A stretch of DNA of 64,000 nucleotides from the NCBI GenBank assembly GCA_965203515.1, contig OZ241907.1, positions 2,368,001 through 2,432,000 on the forward strand. The letters run 5' to 3'. Below the pieces are notes generated by a model that had not been told where the DNA came from, ran no database searches, and saw only the letters and a program-made list of their open reading frames with translations. Shown in pieces: positions 50,871 through 64,000 of this stretch. Positions within the stretch are counted from its first letter, which is position 1. Every line of letters begins with the position of its first letter. This DNA is from Spirochaetia bacterium (GTDB taxonomy: Bacteria > Spirochaetota > Spirochaetia > SZUA-6 > Bin103). Both the position numbers and the translations under genes were made by a program.

Positions 50871-50954
50871 GCCGGCGTGATGAAATCGGTAGACATGCCA
50901 GACTCAAAATCTGGTGGGGGCGACCCCGTGTCGGTTCGAGTCCGACCGCCGGCA
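50871..50954 (+). tRNA. tRNA-Leu (CAA)
   Basis: GCCGGCG/CGCCGGC acceptor, anticodon arm CCAGA-CTCAAAA-TCTGG, long variable arm, TTCGAGT. Confidence 0.96.
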
Positions 50955-50986
50955 GTCCGACCGCTTGGCGCGGCCGCACCGGCCGC

Positions 50987-51520
50987 TCACACGGTCAGCT
51001 CGACCAGCTCCAGGTCGTTGGCCGCCGCGTCGTAGAGACCGTAGGTGAGCGGCCCACCCATGGCGCCCAGCGCGCCGGGGTTGGCCAGCAGCACCGTACG
51101 GCCGTCCGCCGGTATCCGCTCCACGTTGGCGCGGTGGTCGTGGCCGTAGAAGACCGCGTCGTACCGGCCGCCGCACGCGAGCGCCCGCGCCAGGCGCGGG
51201 TAGTGCTGCATGGCGATACGCCGCCCGCCGATGGCGATCTCCGCCAGCTCCGCGCCGTGGAACCGAAAGCCGGTTCGATCCGCGGTGCGGGTGGTCATCA
51301 GGTAATGGTCGCCGTCGACGTTGCCGGCCACCAGGTCGACCTGCCCCGCGAACCGGTCGAGCAACCGCATCAGGGTCAGCGGCGCGCAGACGTCGCCGCA
51401 ATGCAGCAGGTGCGTGCAGCCCGCGTCGGCGAGGCGCCGGCACAGGGCGTCGAGCGCCGGCCAGTTGTCATGGGTGTCGGAGACGACCGCGACGCGCACC
51501 GCCGGCGCTCCGGCCTTCAA
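50987..51520 (-). CDS. Metallophosphoesterase, YfcE-like (start TTG 51520 or GTG 51499)
   Basis: SDTHDN, HCGD, GNVD, YGHDH, NPGA. Confidence 0.88.
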   Translation of the reverse strand: MKAGAPAVRVAVVSDTHDNWPALDALCRRLADAGCTHLLHCGDVCAPLTLMRLLDRFAGQVDLVAGNVDGDHYLMTTRTADRTGFRFHGAELAEIAIGGRRIAMQHYPRLARALACGGRYDAVFYGHDHRANVERIPADGRTVLLANPGALGAMGGPLTYGLYDAAANDLELVELTV

Positions 51521-52761
51521 CCGTCGTACCGCTTCAGGGCGACCACCGCGTTGTGACCGCCGAATCCGAACGAGTTGGTGAGCGCGGCACGCATGGGAGC
51601 GTCCTGCCCGCGGTTGGGAACGTAGTCGAGGTCGCACTCCGGGTCCGGCGTCTCGTAGTTGATGGTCGCCGGGTAGAACTGTTCCTGCAAACCCTTGGCG
51701 GTCGCGATCGCTTCCACGCCGCCGGCAGCGCCGAGCAGGTGGCCGACCATCGACTTGGTCGAAGATACCTTCAGCCGGGCGGCGTGGTCGCCGAACACCT
51801 CCTTGATCGCCAGCGTCTCGGTGGCGTCGTTGAGCTGTGTCGACGTGCCGTGGGCATTGACGTAGTCGAACGCCTCAGGCGGCATGCCGCTGCCGGCGAT
51901 CGCCATCCTCATCGCGTTCACCGCGCCCTTGCCACGCGGATGGGGAGCGGTCAGGTGGTTGGCGTCACAGGTGACGCCGTAGCCGACCACCTCGCAATAG
52001 ATCGGCGCGGACCGCGACTTGGCGTGCTCCAGTTCCTCCAGGATGAGCGTTCCCGCCCCCTCGCCCAGGACGAAGCCGTCACGGTCCTTGTCGAACGGCC
52101 GGCTGGCCCGTTTGGGGTCGTCGTTGTAGGAGGAAGTGACCGCCTGCAGCCCCGAGAACCCGGACAGGGCCAGCGGAGCGACGGCGGCCTCGGCGCCGCC
52201 GGTCACCATGACGTCGACCGTGCCGTCCTTGACCCACCGGTACGACTCGCCGATGGCGTCGTTGGCCGACGCGCACGCCGAGACGACCGTGTACGACGGA
52301 CCGTGAGCGTGGATCCGGATCGCGACGTGGCCGGCGGCGATGTTGCTGATCATCTTCGTCACCAGCAGCGGATGGACCGCCTTGGGACCGCGGTCGAACA
52401 GGTGCTTGAACTCGGCGTGCAGCGTGTGGATGCCGCCGAACCCGACCCCCAGAATGACGCCGGTCCGGTCCGAGTCGAGGTCATCGACCGCCAGCCCGGC
52501 GTCGGCCATCGCTTCCATCGCCGTCACCATCGCGAACATGGCGAAGCGGTCCAGGCGGCGCTCCTCGCGCCGGTCGAGGTACTTCGAGGGATCGAGGCCC
52601 CGGACCTCGCCCGCCACCTTCGAGGGATAGTCCGAGACGTCGAAGGAAGCGACGTGGTCGATCCCGCACTCGTTGTTCCTGACCGCACGCCAGAACGTAT
52701 CGACGTCGTTCCCCACGGGAGTGACGGCGCCGAGTCCCGTAACCACCACACGTCTGTCCAT
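51517..52761 (-). CDS. fabF: Beta-ketoacyl-ACP synthase II
   Basis: [42 protein letters not shown]. Confidence 0.97.
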   Translation of the reverse strand: MDRRVVVTGLGAVTPVGNDVDTFWRAVRNNECGIDHVASFDVSDYPSKVAGEVRGLDPSKYLDRREERRLDRFAMFAMVTAMEAMADAGLAVDDLDSDRTGVILGVGFGGIHTLHAEFKHLFDRGPKAVHPLLVTKMISNIAAGHVAIRIHAHGPSYTVVSACASANDAIGESYRWVKDGTVDVMVTGGAEAAVAPLALSGFSGLQAVTSSYNDDPKRASRPFDKDRDGFVLGEGAGTLILEELEHAKSRSAPIYCEVVGYGVTCDANHLTAPHPRGKGAVNAMRMAIAGSGMPPEAFDYVNAHGTSTQLNDATETLAIKEVFGDHAARLKVSSTKSMVGHLLGAAGGVEAIATAKGLQEQFYPATINYETPDPECDLDYVPNRGQDAPMRAALTNSFGFGGHNAVVALKRYDG

Positions 52762-52797
52762 TGATCCTTCTCCTTCGACCGGTTCCGTGGCTTCCGC

Positions 52798-53526
52798 CTA
52801 CATCGACAGTCCGCCGTCCACCTGCAACACCTGTCCGGTGACGTAGGCGGAGCGGGCCGAGGCGAGGAAGGCGACCAGCTCGGCGACCTCTTCGGGCGTT
52901 CCGGTGCGGCCGAGCGGTATCAGACCGGTGATCGTCTTGCGCACCGCGTCGCCGAGCGACGCGGTCATGCCGGTCTCGATATAGCCGGGAGCGACCACGT
53001 TGACCCGCACGCCGCGACCGGCCACCTCACGCGCCAAGCTCTTCGAGAAGCCGATGATTCCAGCCTTCGACGCACAATAGTTGGTCTGGCCGGGGTTGCC
53101 GGTCAAGCCGACTACCGACGAGACGTTGACGATCGACCCGGCGCGCCGCCGGACCATGTCACGGGCGACGACCTTGCAGGTGAGGAACGTCGCCGTCAGG
53201 TTGAGCGCCAGGACCGCGTCCCAGTCCTGCCGCGCCATGCGGAACACCAGTCCGTCACGGGTGATGCCGGCGTTGTTCACCAGCACCTGCACGCCCCGGT
53301 TCTCCGCGAGGATCTCGCCGAGGCGCGCGTTCACGGCATCTTCGTCGGCCAGGTCGGTGGCCAGCCACGTGTAATCGCCCCGATCCCGCAGCCCGGCGGC
53401 GCCGTCATCGGCGGTCCGCGACAGCGAATAGACCTTGGCGCCGTCCCGCAGCAGGGACCGGACGACCGCCGCTCCGATACCGCGCGAGCCGCCGGTCACC
53501 ACCGCGACCGCGCCGGCCAGGCTCAT
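52798..53526 (-). CDS. fabG: 3-oxoacyl-ACP reductase
   Basis: VTGGSRGIG, NNAGITRD, GNPGQTNYCASKAG; ATG 53526. Confidence 0.95.
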   Translation of the reverse strand: MSLAGAVAVVTGGSRGIGAAVVRSLLRDGAKVYSLSRTADDGAAGLRDRGDYTWLATDLADEDAVNARLGEILAENRGVQVLVNNAGITRDGLVFRMARQDWDAVLALNLTATFLTCKVVARDMVRRRAGSIVNVSSVVGLTGNPGQTNYCASKAGIIGFSKSLAREVAGRGVRVNVVAPGYIETGMTASLGDAVRKTITGLIPLGRTGTPEEVAELVAFLASARSAYVTGQVLQVDGGLSM

Positions 53527-54464
53527 GCCGTCGCCGCCGAGACCGCTTCGATCGCCTCCAGGGTGCCGGCCGCCTCGCACCGCAACCGGCCGGGAAAGCC
53601 TCGGAACAGGCCGGCGAGCACCTGGCCCGGCCCGACCTCCAGGTAGCGCCGGTATCCGTCGGCCTGCAGGGCGGCCACCTCATCGGTCCAGCGCACGCTC
53701 GATACCACCTGCCGGACGCAGAGATCGCGCGCTTCGCTGCCGGAGGTGACCCGCGCGCCGGTGACGTTGGCGTAGACCGGCCGCACCGGATCCGCGAACG
53801 GCACGTCGGCCAGCACCTCCGCCAGCCGATCGGCCGCGTCGCGAATCAGCGGCGAATGAAACGGCCCGGAGACCTTCAGGGCGATGAAACGGCGCGCACC
53901 CGCCTCCATGCAGGCCGCTTCCGCATCGCGCAGCCCGCCGGCCGTGCCGGCCAACACCACCTGCCGCGGGCTGGAGTAGTTGGCGATGAAGACGCTTCCG
54001 GCCTGCAGATCGGCGATCGCGGCTTCCACGCGCTCGGGCGCCAGCCCGACCACCGCGGCCATCCCAGAGCGCCCTTCGGCGGTATCGGAGGCGCGGCTGG
54101 CCGCCTCCATGGCGACGCCGCGCGCCTTGGCGATCGGGAAGATGTCGGCCGCGGCGATCACCCCGGCCAAGTGCAGCGCCGAGTATTCGCCAAGGCTGAA
54201 CCCGGCGAAGCCGTCGCCGGTCACGCCGTGCTCGCCGAGCACCGCGGCCGCCGACAGGTTGGCCAGGGTGACCGCTATCTGCGTGCGGTCGGTGGCGCGC
54301 AACTCCTCCTCGGTACCTTCGAACAGCAGGCGCCGCAGGTCGACGCCCGTGGCCTCGGAGGCGACCCCGAACAGATCCTTGACCGCATGGCTGCGCTCCC
54401 AGAGATCACGGGCCATCCCCGGGTACTGGGCGCCCTGCGCCGGGAACAGGAAACACGTCCGCAT
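53523..54464 (-). CDS. fabD: Malonyl-CoA-ACP transacylase
   Basis: FPAQGAQY, GFSLGEY, VSGPFHS, EVGPGQVL; ATG 54464. Confidence 0.95.
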   Translation of the reverse strand: MRTCFLFPAQGAQYPGMARDLWERSHAVKDLFGVASEATGVDLRRLLFEGTEEELRATDRTQIAVTLANLSAAAVLGEHGVTGDGFAGFSLGEYSALHLAGVIAAADIFPIAKARGVAMEAASRASDTAEGRSGMAAVVGLAPERVEAAIADLQAGSVFIANYSSPRQVVLAGTAGGLRDAEAACMEAGARRFIALKVSGPFHSPLIRDAADRLAEVLADVPFADPVRPVYANVTGARVTSGSEARDLCVRQVVSSVRWTDEVAALQADGYRRYLEVGPGQVLAGLFRGFPGRLRCEAAGTLEAIEAVSAATA

Positions 54465-54482
54465 TTGGGTGGTGCTGACCGC

Positions 54483-54629
54483 ACCGTACCCTTTCCCGCC
54501 TCGGCAGGTCAACGGCTGGCCCGCGCGCCCAGGCGGGCCGTCCTTCGGCCATTCTTCGGTCTTGGCTACCTGTCGCTGGCCCGCACCCGCGGCGGACCGC
54601 TTGACCGCGTGAAGACCGGGGCTTACAGT
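54483..54629. promoter_or_regulatory. Divergent promoter pair for fabD and fabH
   Basis: Minus TTGACC-18-TACGGT (54512-54483); plus TTGACC-17-TACAGT (54601-54629). Confidence 0.6.
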
Positions 54630-54690
54630 CGGCGACCGACAGTCGTCTTCCGAAGGCGGACCGACCACCATACCGCTCCAAGGAGACCCG

Positions 54691-55671
54691 ATGGGCGCAA
54701 GAATCGAGGGGATCGGCGCCTACACGCCGTCCCGACGCATGTCCAATGACGAGCTTGCCGCGTTTCTGGACACCTCAGACGAATGGATCCGATCGCACAC
54801 CGGCATCGGCTATCGCCACGTCGCCAGCGAGGACGAAGCCGCCTCCGACCTGGGAGCTCAGGCCGCCAAGGTAGCGCTGGACCGTTCCGGGACCGACCCG
54901 GAGTCGATCGACATGGTGCTGGTGGCCACCGCCTCCTCCGACTACGTCGGCTTCCCGTCGACCGCCTGCATCGTACAGGACAAGATCGGCGCGAAGAACG
55001 CCGCGGCGATGGACATCGGGGTCGGCTGCACGGGGTTCGTCTACGGCCTGGAGACGGCGAAGGGGTTCATAGCCTCGGGGGCCGCCAACCGCGTGCTGCT
55101 GATCGGCAGCGAGGTGCTGACGCGCATCGTCGACTGGACCGACCGCAGCACCTGCGTGCTGTTCGGCGACGGCGCCGGCGCCGCGGTGATCAGCCCCTCG
55201 GCCAACGGGCGGGGCATCCTGGACTCGGTGCTCAAGGCCGACGGATCGGGCGCTTCGTATCTGGCGCGGGAGGTCGGCGGTACGCGCGCGCCGTTCAAGC
55301 CGGGCCACAGCGCCGAGCGCGACCTGCTGATCAAGATGGAGGGGCAGCCGGTCTACAACTTCGCGGTCCCGGCGATCATCGAGGTGATCCGGCAGATCCT
55401 GGACCGCAACCGGCTCACGATCGACGACATCACCTACATCGTCCCGCACCAAGCCAACCGCCGGATCATCGAGGCGGCCGCCAAACGGTCGCGCATCCCC
55501 ACCGAGAAGTTCTACCTGAACATCGAGGAATACGCGAACACGTCGGCGGCGACCATCCCCATCGCCTTGAACGAGCTGTACGAGCGCGGCCATATCGGCC
55601 GCGGCGACCTGCTGATCACCGTCGGCTTCGGCGCCGGCCTCACGTTCGGCGGCAACCTGTTGAAGTGGTAG
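54691..55671 (+). CDS. fabH: Beta-ketoacyl-ACP synthase III
   Basis: DTSDEWI, GCTGFVY, LFGDGAGA, PHQANRRI, ANTSAATIP, GFGAGLT. Confidence 0.97.
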   Translation: MGARIEGIGAYTPSRRMSNDELAAFLDTSDEWIRSHTGIGYRHVASEDEAASDLGAQAAKVALDRSGTDPESIDMVLVATASSDYVGFPSTACIVQDKIGAKNAAAMDIGVGCTGFVYGLETAKGFIASGAANRVLLIGSEVLTRIVDWTDRSTCVLFGDGAGAAVISPSANGRGILDSVLKADGSGASYLAREVGGTRAPFKPGHSAERDLLIKMEGQPVYNFAVPAIIEVIRQILDRNRLTIDDITYIVPHQANRRIIEAAAKRSRIPTEKFYLNIEEYANTSAATIPIALNELYERGHIGRGDLLITVGFGAGLTFGGNLLKW

Positions 55672-55680
55672 AGCGCCGGC

Positions 55681-58906
<3,226 letters not shown>

Positions 58907-58907
58907 T

Positions 58908-59198
58908 CGGCGGGGCGCCCGCGGCCGCTTCATCCGCGACCCCGATGCATCGGCCAAACCCGTTGCGTCGGTCGACGACCCGGCCAACTACTATCGTCTT
59001 CCCCGGCCCGGGCTCCTGTGGAACGGCGAACCCGACGAGCCGTTGGCGGATGACGGCGGCAGGCGGCGGCGTCTCAGGGCGAAAGCCCGGCAGCACGAAA
59101 GGCGTTCCGTCCGCCGGCCGGAGCCGGCCGAGAAGCGGACGCCGGTCTGGCATCAGGAACGGCTGCTGGAGAATGCCGAATCGTACGATGAACCGTGA
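58908..59198 (+). pseudogene. Possible startless 3' gene remnant
   Basis: Open frame ...RFIRDPD...DDPANYYRLPRPGLLWNGEPDEP...RTPVWHQERLLENAESYDEP*; GC3-rich; stop abuts the murB stop. Confidence 0.4.
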
Positions 59199-60257
59199 TC
59201 AGACGGCCCCCTCATCGCCGCCGATCACCCGCACTTCGCGTTCCAACCGCACGTCGAAGCGTTCGGCGACCGCCTCTTCCACCGCTCGGGCCGCGGCCAG
59301 CACTTCCGCGCCGCTGGCCCCGCCGTGGTTGACCAGCACCAGGGCATGGCGCTCGGCTACGCCTGCGCGGCCGAAGCGCCGGCCGCGCAGGCCGCACGCT
59401 TCTATCAGCTGCGCCGCCGGCACCTTGTAGCCGCGGTCAGCCGCCACCCCGGCGAGCCGGGGGCAGCGCTCCCGGACCCGCTCGTAGCGGTCGGGCGTCA
59501 GTACCGGATTCTTGAAGAAGGAGCCGGCGTTGGGCAGACGGAGCGGATCGGGCAGCTTGCGGCGGCGCAGGCGCACGATCGCGCGGCTCACGTCGGCGAC
59601 CGTGGGATCGGCAACCGCCATCCGCGCCAGCTCCTCGCGCACCCCGGCGTACGCCAGGTTCAGCCGCGGCCGTTTGCACAGCCGCAGGCGCACCTCGGTG
59701 ATGAGCATCCGGTCGCGCAGCAGGCTGCGCTTGAACACGCTGTCCCGGTAGCCGAACGCGCACGCGGCGCCGTCCATGGTTCGGGGCTCGCCGCCGCCGG
59801 CCAGCGGCACCGCCTGCAGGTCGACGAAGACGTCGGAGAGCTGCGCCCCATAGGCGCCGATGTTCTGGATCGGCGCCGCGCCGACCGATCCCGGGATCAG
59901 GCTGAGGTTCTCGATGCCGCCCCAGCCGCGCGCCACCGCATGACGCACCAGCCGGTGCCAGTCGTGACCGGCGGCGGCCGTGACGACCACCGACTCCGCC
60001 TCCTCCATCTCCCGTACGGCGACGCCGTCGGCGCGCGGCAGGATCACGACGCCGGGGTAGTCGCCGACGAAGAGGACGTTGCTGCCGCCGCCAAGCACCA
60101 ACCGCGGCAGTCGGTCGAAGCGCGGGCCGGCGAGCAACTCGGCCAGCTCCCGCGCCGCGCGGTCGGACGGGCCGCCCACGCGTACCGCGTAGCGCGCCGC
60201 CGCCGCGACGCGCAACGTGTTGCAGGCGGTCAGCGGAGCGTCCGTCTCGACCCGCAC
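59199..60257 (-). CDS. murB: UDP-N-acetylenolpyruvoylglucosamine reductase
   Basis: LGGGSNVLF, IENLSLIPGSVGAAPIQNIGAYG, FGYRDSVFK, PNAGSFFKNP, HALVLVN. Confidence 0.97.
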   Translation of the reverse strand: MRVETDAPLTACNTLRVAAAARYAVRVGGPSDRAARELAELLAGPRFDRLPRLVLGGGSNVLFVGDYPGVVILPRADGVAVREMEEAESVVVTAAAGHDWHRLVRHAVARGWGGIENLSLIPGSVGAAPIQNIGAYGAQLSDVFVDLQAVPLAGGGEPRTMDGAACAFGYRDSVFKRSLLRDRMLITEVRLRLCKRPRLNLAYAGVREELARMAVADPTVADVSRAIVRLRRRKLPDPLRLPNAGSFFKNPVLTPDRYERVRERCPRLAGVAADRGYKVPAAQLIEACGLRGRRFGRAGVAERHALVLVNHGGASGAEVLAAARAVEEAVAERFDVRLEREVRVIGGDEGAV

Positions 60258-60410
60258 CCTCCCCCCTGGTTTGCTGGCCGGAGCATCCCGGCGCCCCCGA
60301 GACAGTATCCCGGCGCCCCCGGGCCGCGGTCAAGCGGCCGCCGCGCGGACGGTGAGCCAGCGCACGCGTGATCTTGCCGGCCGGCGCCCCCGGCGGCTAC
60401 CCTGATCTCC

Positions 60411-61361
60411 TTGAGCAGCACCACCGTTCCGTCGGCGGTCGCCAAACGAACGCGCTGGCAGAACCGTCTGGCCGAGCTGAACCGGGCCCGGTACCTCTTC
60501 ATCCTCATGGTTCCGGGGCTCCTCTTCTTCGTCGTCTTCCGCTACGTCCCGATCTACGGCGTCACCTTGGCGTTCAAGGACTTCGTCGCCGCCGACGGCA
60601 TCCTGGGCAGCCCGTGGGCCGGCTTGAAGTACTTCGACCGGCTGTTCACCTATCCCGGCGTGGGGCGGGTCTTCATGAACACCGTCGAGATCAGCCTGCT
60701 GCGCCTGCTGGTGGGGTTTCCGGCGCCGATCATCCTGGCCCTGATGCTCAACGAGCTGCGCGTGGGCGCGTTCAAGCGCACGGTGCAGACCATCTCCTAC
60801 CTGCCCCACTTCCTGTCCTGGGTGGTGATCGCCGGGCTGGTGCGTCAGGTGCTGTCGCCCTCCACCGGCCTGCTCGGCTACGTCTTCTCCCTGTTCGGGG
60901 CCGTGCCCCCGGTGCTGCTGGCCGACCAGCAGTGGTTCATCGCCATCCTCATCATCTCCGACGTGTGGCAGTCGATCGGCTGGGGGACCATCATCTATCT
61001 GGCCGCGATCGCCGGCATCAATCCGGAGCTGTACGAGGTGGCCACCATCGACGGCGCCGGCCGCTTCCGTCTGATGTGGCACATCACCATCCCGTCGATC
61101 GCCCCGGCCATCGTCATCCTGTTCATCCTGCGCGTCGGGCACCTGCTGGAGGCGGGGTTCGATCAGATCTTCAACCTCTACAATCCGGCGGTCTACGAGG
61201 TGGCCGACATCATCGACACCTACGTCTACCGGATGGGCTTGGAGGGGATTCAGTACAGCTTCGCCACCGCCGTCGGGTTGGCCAAGAACGTGATCGGCTG
61301 CGTCCTGCTGCTCCTGGCCAACCGCATCACGAAGTCCTTTTCCGAGGCGACCCTGTGGTAG
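60411..61361 (+). CDS. Carbohydrate ABC permease (LplB-like)
   Basis: SPWAGLKYF, QTISYLPHFLSWVV, PELYEVATIDGAGR. Confidence 0.93.
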   Translation: MSSTTVPSAVAKRTRWQNRLAELNRARYLFILMVPGLLFFVVFRYVPIYGVTLAFKDFVAADGILGSPWAGLKYFDRLFTYPGVGRVFMNTVEISLLRLLVGFPAPIILALMLNELRVGAFKRTVQTISYLPHFLSWVVIAGLVRQVLSPSTGLLGYVFSLFGAVPPVLLADQQWFIAILIISDVWQSIGWGTIIYLAAIAGINPELYEVATIDGAGRFRLMWHITIPSIAPAIVILFILRVGHLLEAGFDQIFNLYNPAVYEVADIIDTYVYRMGLEGIQYSFATAVGLAKNVIGCVLLLLANRITKSFSEATLW

Positions 61362-61375
61362 CCGGGCGGAGCCTC

Positions 61376-62266
61376 ATGCACCGCCGCAGCACCGGGGACC
61401 GGGTGTTCGACCTCATCAACGTCGGCCTGATCCTGCTGCTCTGCGCCACCATCGTCTACCCGTTCCTCAATCAGATCACCCTGTCGCTGAGCAACCGCGT
61501 CGACGCCCAGGCGAAGGGCCTGCACCTGCTCCCGCACCTGGGCCGCATGACCCTCGAATCGTACCGGCGCGTGCTGCTCGGAGGGTCGATCGCGCCGGCG
61601 TTCTTCTGGACCACCCTGCGCACCGCGCTCGGCACCTCGATCACCGTCAGCGTGCTGATCATGATGGCGTACTCGATGTCCAAGCGGTACCTGCCGTACC
61701 GCAACTTCTGGACCTTTCTGGTGGTCTTCACCATGTTCTTCTCCGGCGGGCTGGTGCCCAGCTTCCTGCTGGTGCGGTCGCTGGGAATGATGAATACGAT
61801 CTGGGCGCTGGTGTTGCCGCCGGTGGCCAATGCGTTCTCGCTGATCATCGCGCGCAACTTCATGATGTCGGTATCCGAAGAGCTGGCCGAGAGCGCGCGC
61901 ATCGACGGCGCCAACGACATCACCATCCTGTTCCGCATCTACGTGCCGGTATCGATGCCGATCATCGCCACCCTGTCGCTGTGGTCGATGGTCCAGCATT
62001 GGAACTCCTGGTTCGACGCGTTGATCTACATCCAGCGGCCCCCGATCCGCATCCTGCAGGAGATCCTGCGCCGCGTGCTGATCGATGCCTCGTTCACCGC
62101 CACCAGCATCGACGAGCAGGCGCTGGCCATGGAGTTTCAGGAATACACCCCGGAGTCGCTGCGCGCCGCCATTCTGATGGTGGTGACGGTTCCGATCGTG
62201 TTGACCTATCCGTTCTTCCAGCGCTACTTCGTCAAGGGCATCATGATCGGTTCGCTGAAGGGCTAG
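61376..62266 (+). CDS. Carbohydrate ABC permease (second subunit)
   Basis: TMFFSGGLVP, EELAESARIDGA, YPFFQRYFVKGIMIGSLKG; ATG 61376. Confidence 0.93.
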   Translation: MHRRSTGDRVFDLINVGLILLLCATIVYPFLNQITLSLSNRVDAQAKGLHLLPHLGRMTLESYRRVLLGGSIAPAFFWTTLRTALGTSITVSVLIMMAYSMSKRYLPYRNFWTFLVVFTMFFSGGLVPSFLLVRSLGMMNTIWALVLPPVANAFSLIIARNFMMSVSEELAESARIDGANDITILFRIYVPVSMPIIATLSLWSMVQHWNSWFDALIYIQRPPIRILQEILRRVLIDASFTATSIDEQALAMEFQEYTPESLRAAILMVVTVPIVLTYPFFQRYFVKGIMIGSLKG

Positions 62267-62330
62267 CCGGTCAGGAACGTCTCGGGTAACGGGACGCAAC
62301 AATCCACTATCGTTCTCACGAGGAGGCACG

Positions 62331-63926
62331 ATGAAACGGTTCTTATCACTCACCGGAACGGCACTGCTGTTTCTGGTACTGGCAAGCGGCCTGGCCGGCG
62401 CGGCCGCCGAAGCGGAAGGGAGCGCCGCCGAGGACCCGACGGTGATCCGGTGGTTCGGCACCCGCGGCGTACCCGGACCGGACGCGCCGATCCCGCCGAT
62501 GCTCGAAGAGCTGGTGAGCCAGAAAGTCGGCTTCGACGTCAAGTTCGATATCTACGGCGCGATAGACAACCACATGGAGATCATCCAGCTCAACCTGGCC
62601 GCCAACGATCTGCCCGATCTGTTCCATGCGTTCCAAATCAACGAGGACTTTCTGCGCCAGGCGTCGGCCAAGTTCGAGTTGGCGGAGATGGAAGAACACA
62701 TGCCGGAGTCGACCAAGTGGCTGCGCGGGCTGATGAACCAGCTCGGACTGGACGAAGATGCGACCTGGGCCACGTACCAGGACGCCAGCGATGGCCGCAT
62801 GTGGGGTACGCCGCGCATCTGGGATCTCGGCTGGGTGCCATCCGGTCAGATGTGGCGCAAGGACATCCTCGACGATCTGGGATACGAGATTCCCACCACC
62901 ATCGCCGAGACCGAGGAGGTGTTCGCCGCCTACAAGGCCGCGTTTCCGAGCAAGTATCCGATGGGCGCGTCCGGCAAGTCACCGTGGTGGCAGGCGTTCG
63001 ACCAGGTGTTCAACGCCTACGGCATCACGGCGGGCGGCCAGAGCGTGCGCGACGGCATGATCAAGCAGCACTTCACCCTGCCGGAGTTCAAGGAAGCGCT
63101 GGCGACGCTGAGCGACTGGTACGCCAAGGGCTACATCGACCCGGAGTTCATCACCCACACCAACGCCGACAAGTTCCGGGTCTTCGCCCAGGGCGATTAC
63201 CTGACCAGCGAATGGCTGGGGCGCGGCAACTGGACGGGTGACGAGCACGCGCGCTTCATCGGGGAGCTGTTCCACAACGTGCCCGGCGCGGTCGCGGTGC
63301 CGGCCACCCACATCGCCAGAGACGCGGACAGCAAGCCGCTGCAGCGGGTCTGGAACCCGTTCCTGACGCAGCTCATCGTGTTCGGCAAGCACCTGGACGA
63401 CGACCACGAGCACATGCACAAGATCATGCAGGTGGCGGACGTGATCTCGCAGGACCGGGAGACCAAATTCCTGGCCGAATACGGGATCGAAGGCGATCAC
63501 TACACGATTCCGGAAGGTGAGACCGCGCCGCAGTTGCTGCCGGCGATCAACGCCCTGAGCGTCGCCGACCGTACCGAACAGTTCGGCTTCGGCTTCTACT
63601 GGGGCGGGACGTTCAGCACCTACAGTCTCCAGTCCAGCGCCATCCAGAGTCTCATCGAGGAGCACGTGCTGGATCCGAACGGGATCTACGGCGCCAACAA
63701 CCTCGACCTGTGGTTCCCGGTCGTGGGCGGAGCGGTGCGCTACGAGAACGGCGAGGACATCGGCGCCATGATGGCCGGCGACGCCAAGCTCGACTCGTTC
63801 GTGATGACGGTGCAGATCGTCACCGGCGAGCGCCCGCTCGACTACTACGACGAGTGGTTGGAGTACTACTACGCCAACGGCGGCCGTGATTGGGAGACCC
63901 ACGCCACCCGGCTCTACCTCAAGTAG
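62331..63926 (+). CDS. Carbohydrate ABC solute-binding protein
   Basis: SD AGGAGG, signal peptide, LAANDLPDL, RKDILDDLG..IPTT, WYAKGYIDPEF, YGIEGDHY. Confidence 0.9.
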   Translation: MKRFLSLTGTALLFLVLASGLAGAAAEAEGSAAEDPTVIRWFGTRGVPGPDAPIPPMLEELVSQKVGFDVKFDIYGAIDNHMEIIQLNLAANDLPDLFHAFQINEDFLRQASAKFELAEMEEHMPESTKWLRGLMNQLGLDEDATWATYQDASDGRMWGTPRIWDLGWVPSGQMWRKDILDDLGYEIPTTIAETEEVFAAYKAAFPSKYPMGASGKSPWWQAFDQVFNAYGITAGGQSVRDGMIKQHFTLPEFKEALATLSDWYAKGYIDPEFITHTNADKFRVFAQGDYLTSEWLGRGNWTGDEHARFIGELFHNVPGAVAVPATHIARDADSKPLQRVWNPFLTQLIVFGKHLDDDHEHMHKIMQVADVISQDRETKFLAEYGIEGDHYTIPEGETAPQLLPAINALSVADRTEQFGFGFYWGGTFSTYSLQSSAIQSLIEEHVLDPNGIYGANNLDLWFPVVGGAVRYENGEDIGAMMAGDAKLDSFVMTVQIVTGERPLDYYDEWLEYYYANGGRDWETHATRLYLK

Positions 63927-63946
63927 CTGGCCTTTTCGGCTTTCGG

Positions 63947-63975
63947 CCGCGGGCTGCCCGGCGGGCAGCCCGCGG
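63947..63975. terminator. 13-bp perfect stem-loop after the SBP gene
   Basis: CCGCGGGCTGCCC-ggc-GGGCAGCCCGCGG. Confidence 0.55.
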
Positions 63976-64000
63976 TCCGATCAGGCGCTCAGTCGCTCCA

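Noticed and set aside
59011..59160. SRP RNA, 6S RNA, glmS or SAM riboswitch identity
   Set aside because: Only partial motif resemblance; conserved cores do not match, and the site lies between convergent genes.

Overview
A very GC-rich (roughly 70% by eye), gene-dense bacterial chromosome segment. RpoB sequence style, gene order (dnaE-yggT-recG-rsmD-tRNA-Thr-rpmG-tRNA-Trp-secE-nusG-rplKAJL-rpoB, no tuf), an archaeal-type PyrH and a MurE with an EDPR motif point to a member of the Spirochaetia (inference). Most of the window is core genome: the rpoB/ribosomal cluster, dnaE, recG, ligA, hflKC, murE, eno, rplM-rpsI, uvrD, lolA, pyrH, fabH and fabD-fabG-fabF, katG, murB and three tRNAs (Trp, Thr, Leu). 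An accessory stretch (about 15-35 kb) holds a GldA/F/G-like ABC system, two MFS transporters, a gamma-glutamyltransferase, a small catabolic cluster and a DUF2089/DUF4097 envelope module. The most unusual element is a ~2 kb remnant (24.4-26.4 kb) of what looks like a SNF2-helicase/DUF3883 + DUF1156 methylase + DUF499 ATPase restriction-like defence operon. Its genes are reduced to spliced end-fragments, while a small coiled-coil membrane gene in the middle stays intact. No CRISPR array, rRNA, transposase or integrase was seen. All family calls come from motif recognition, not database searches, and no intact novel system can be claimed with confidence.
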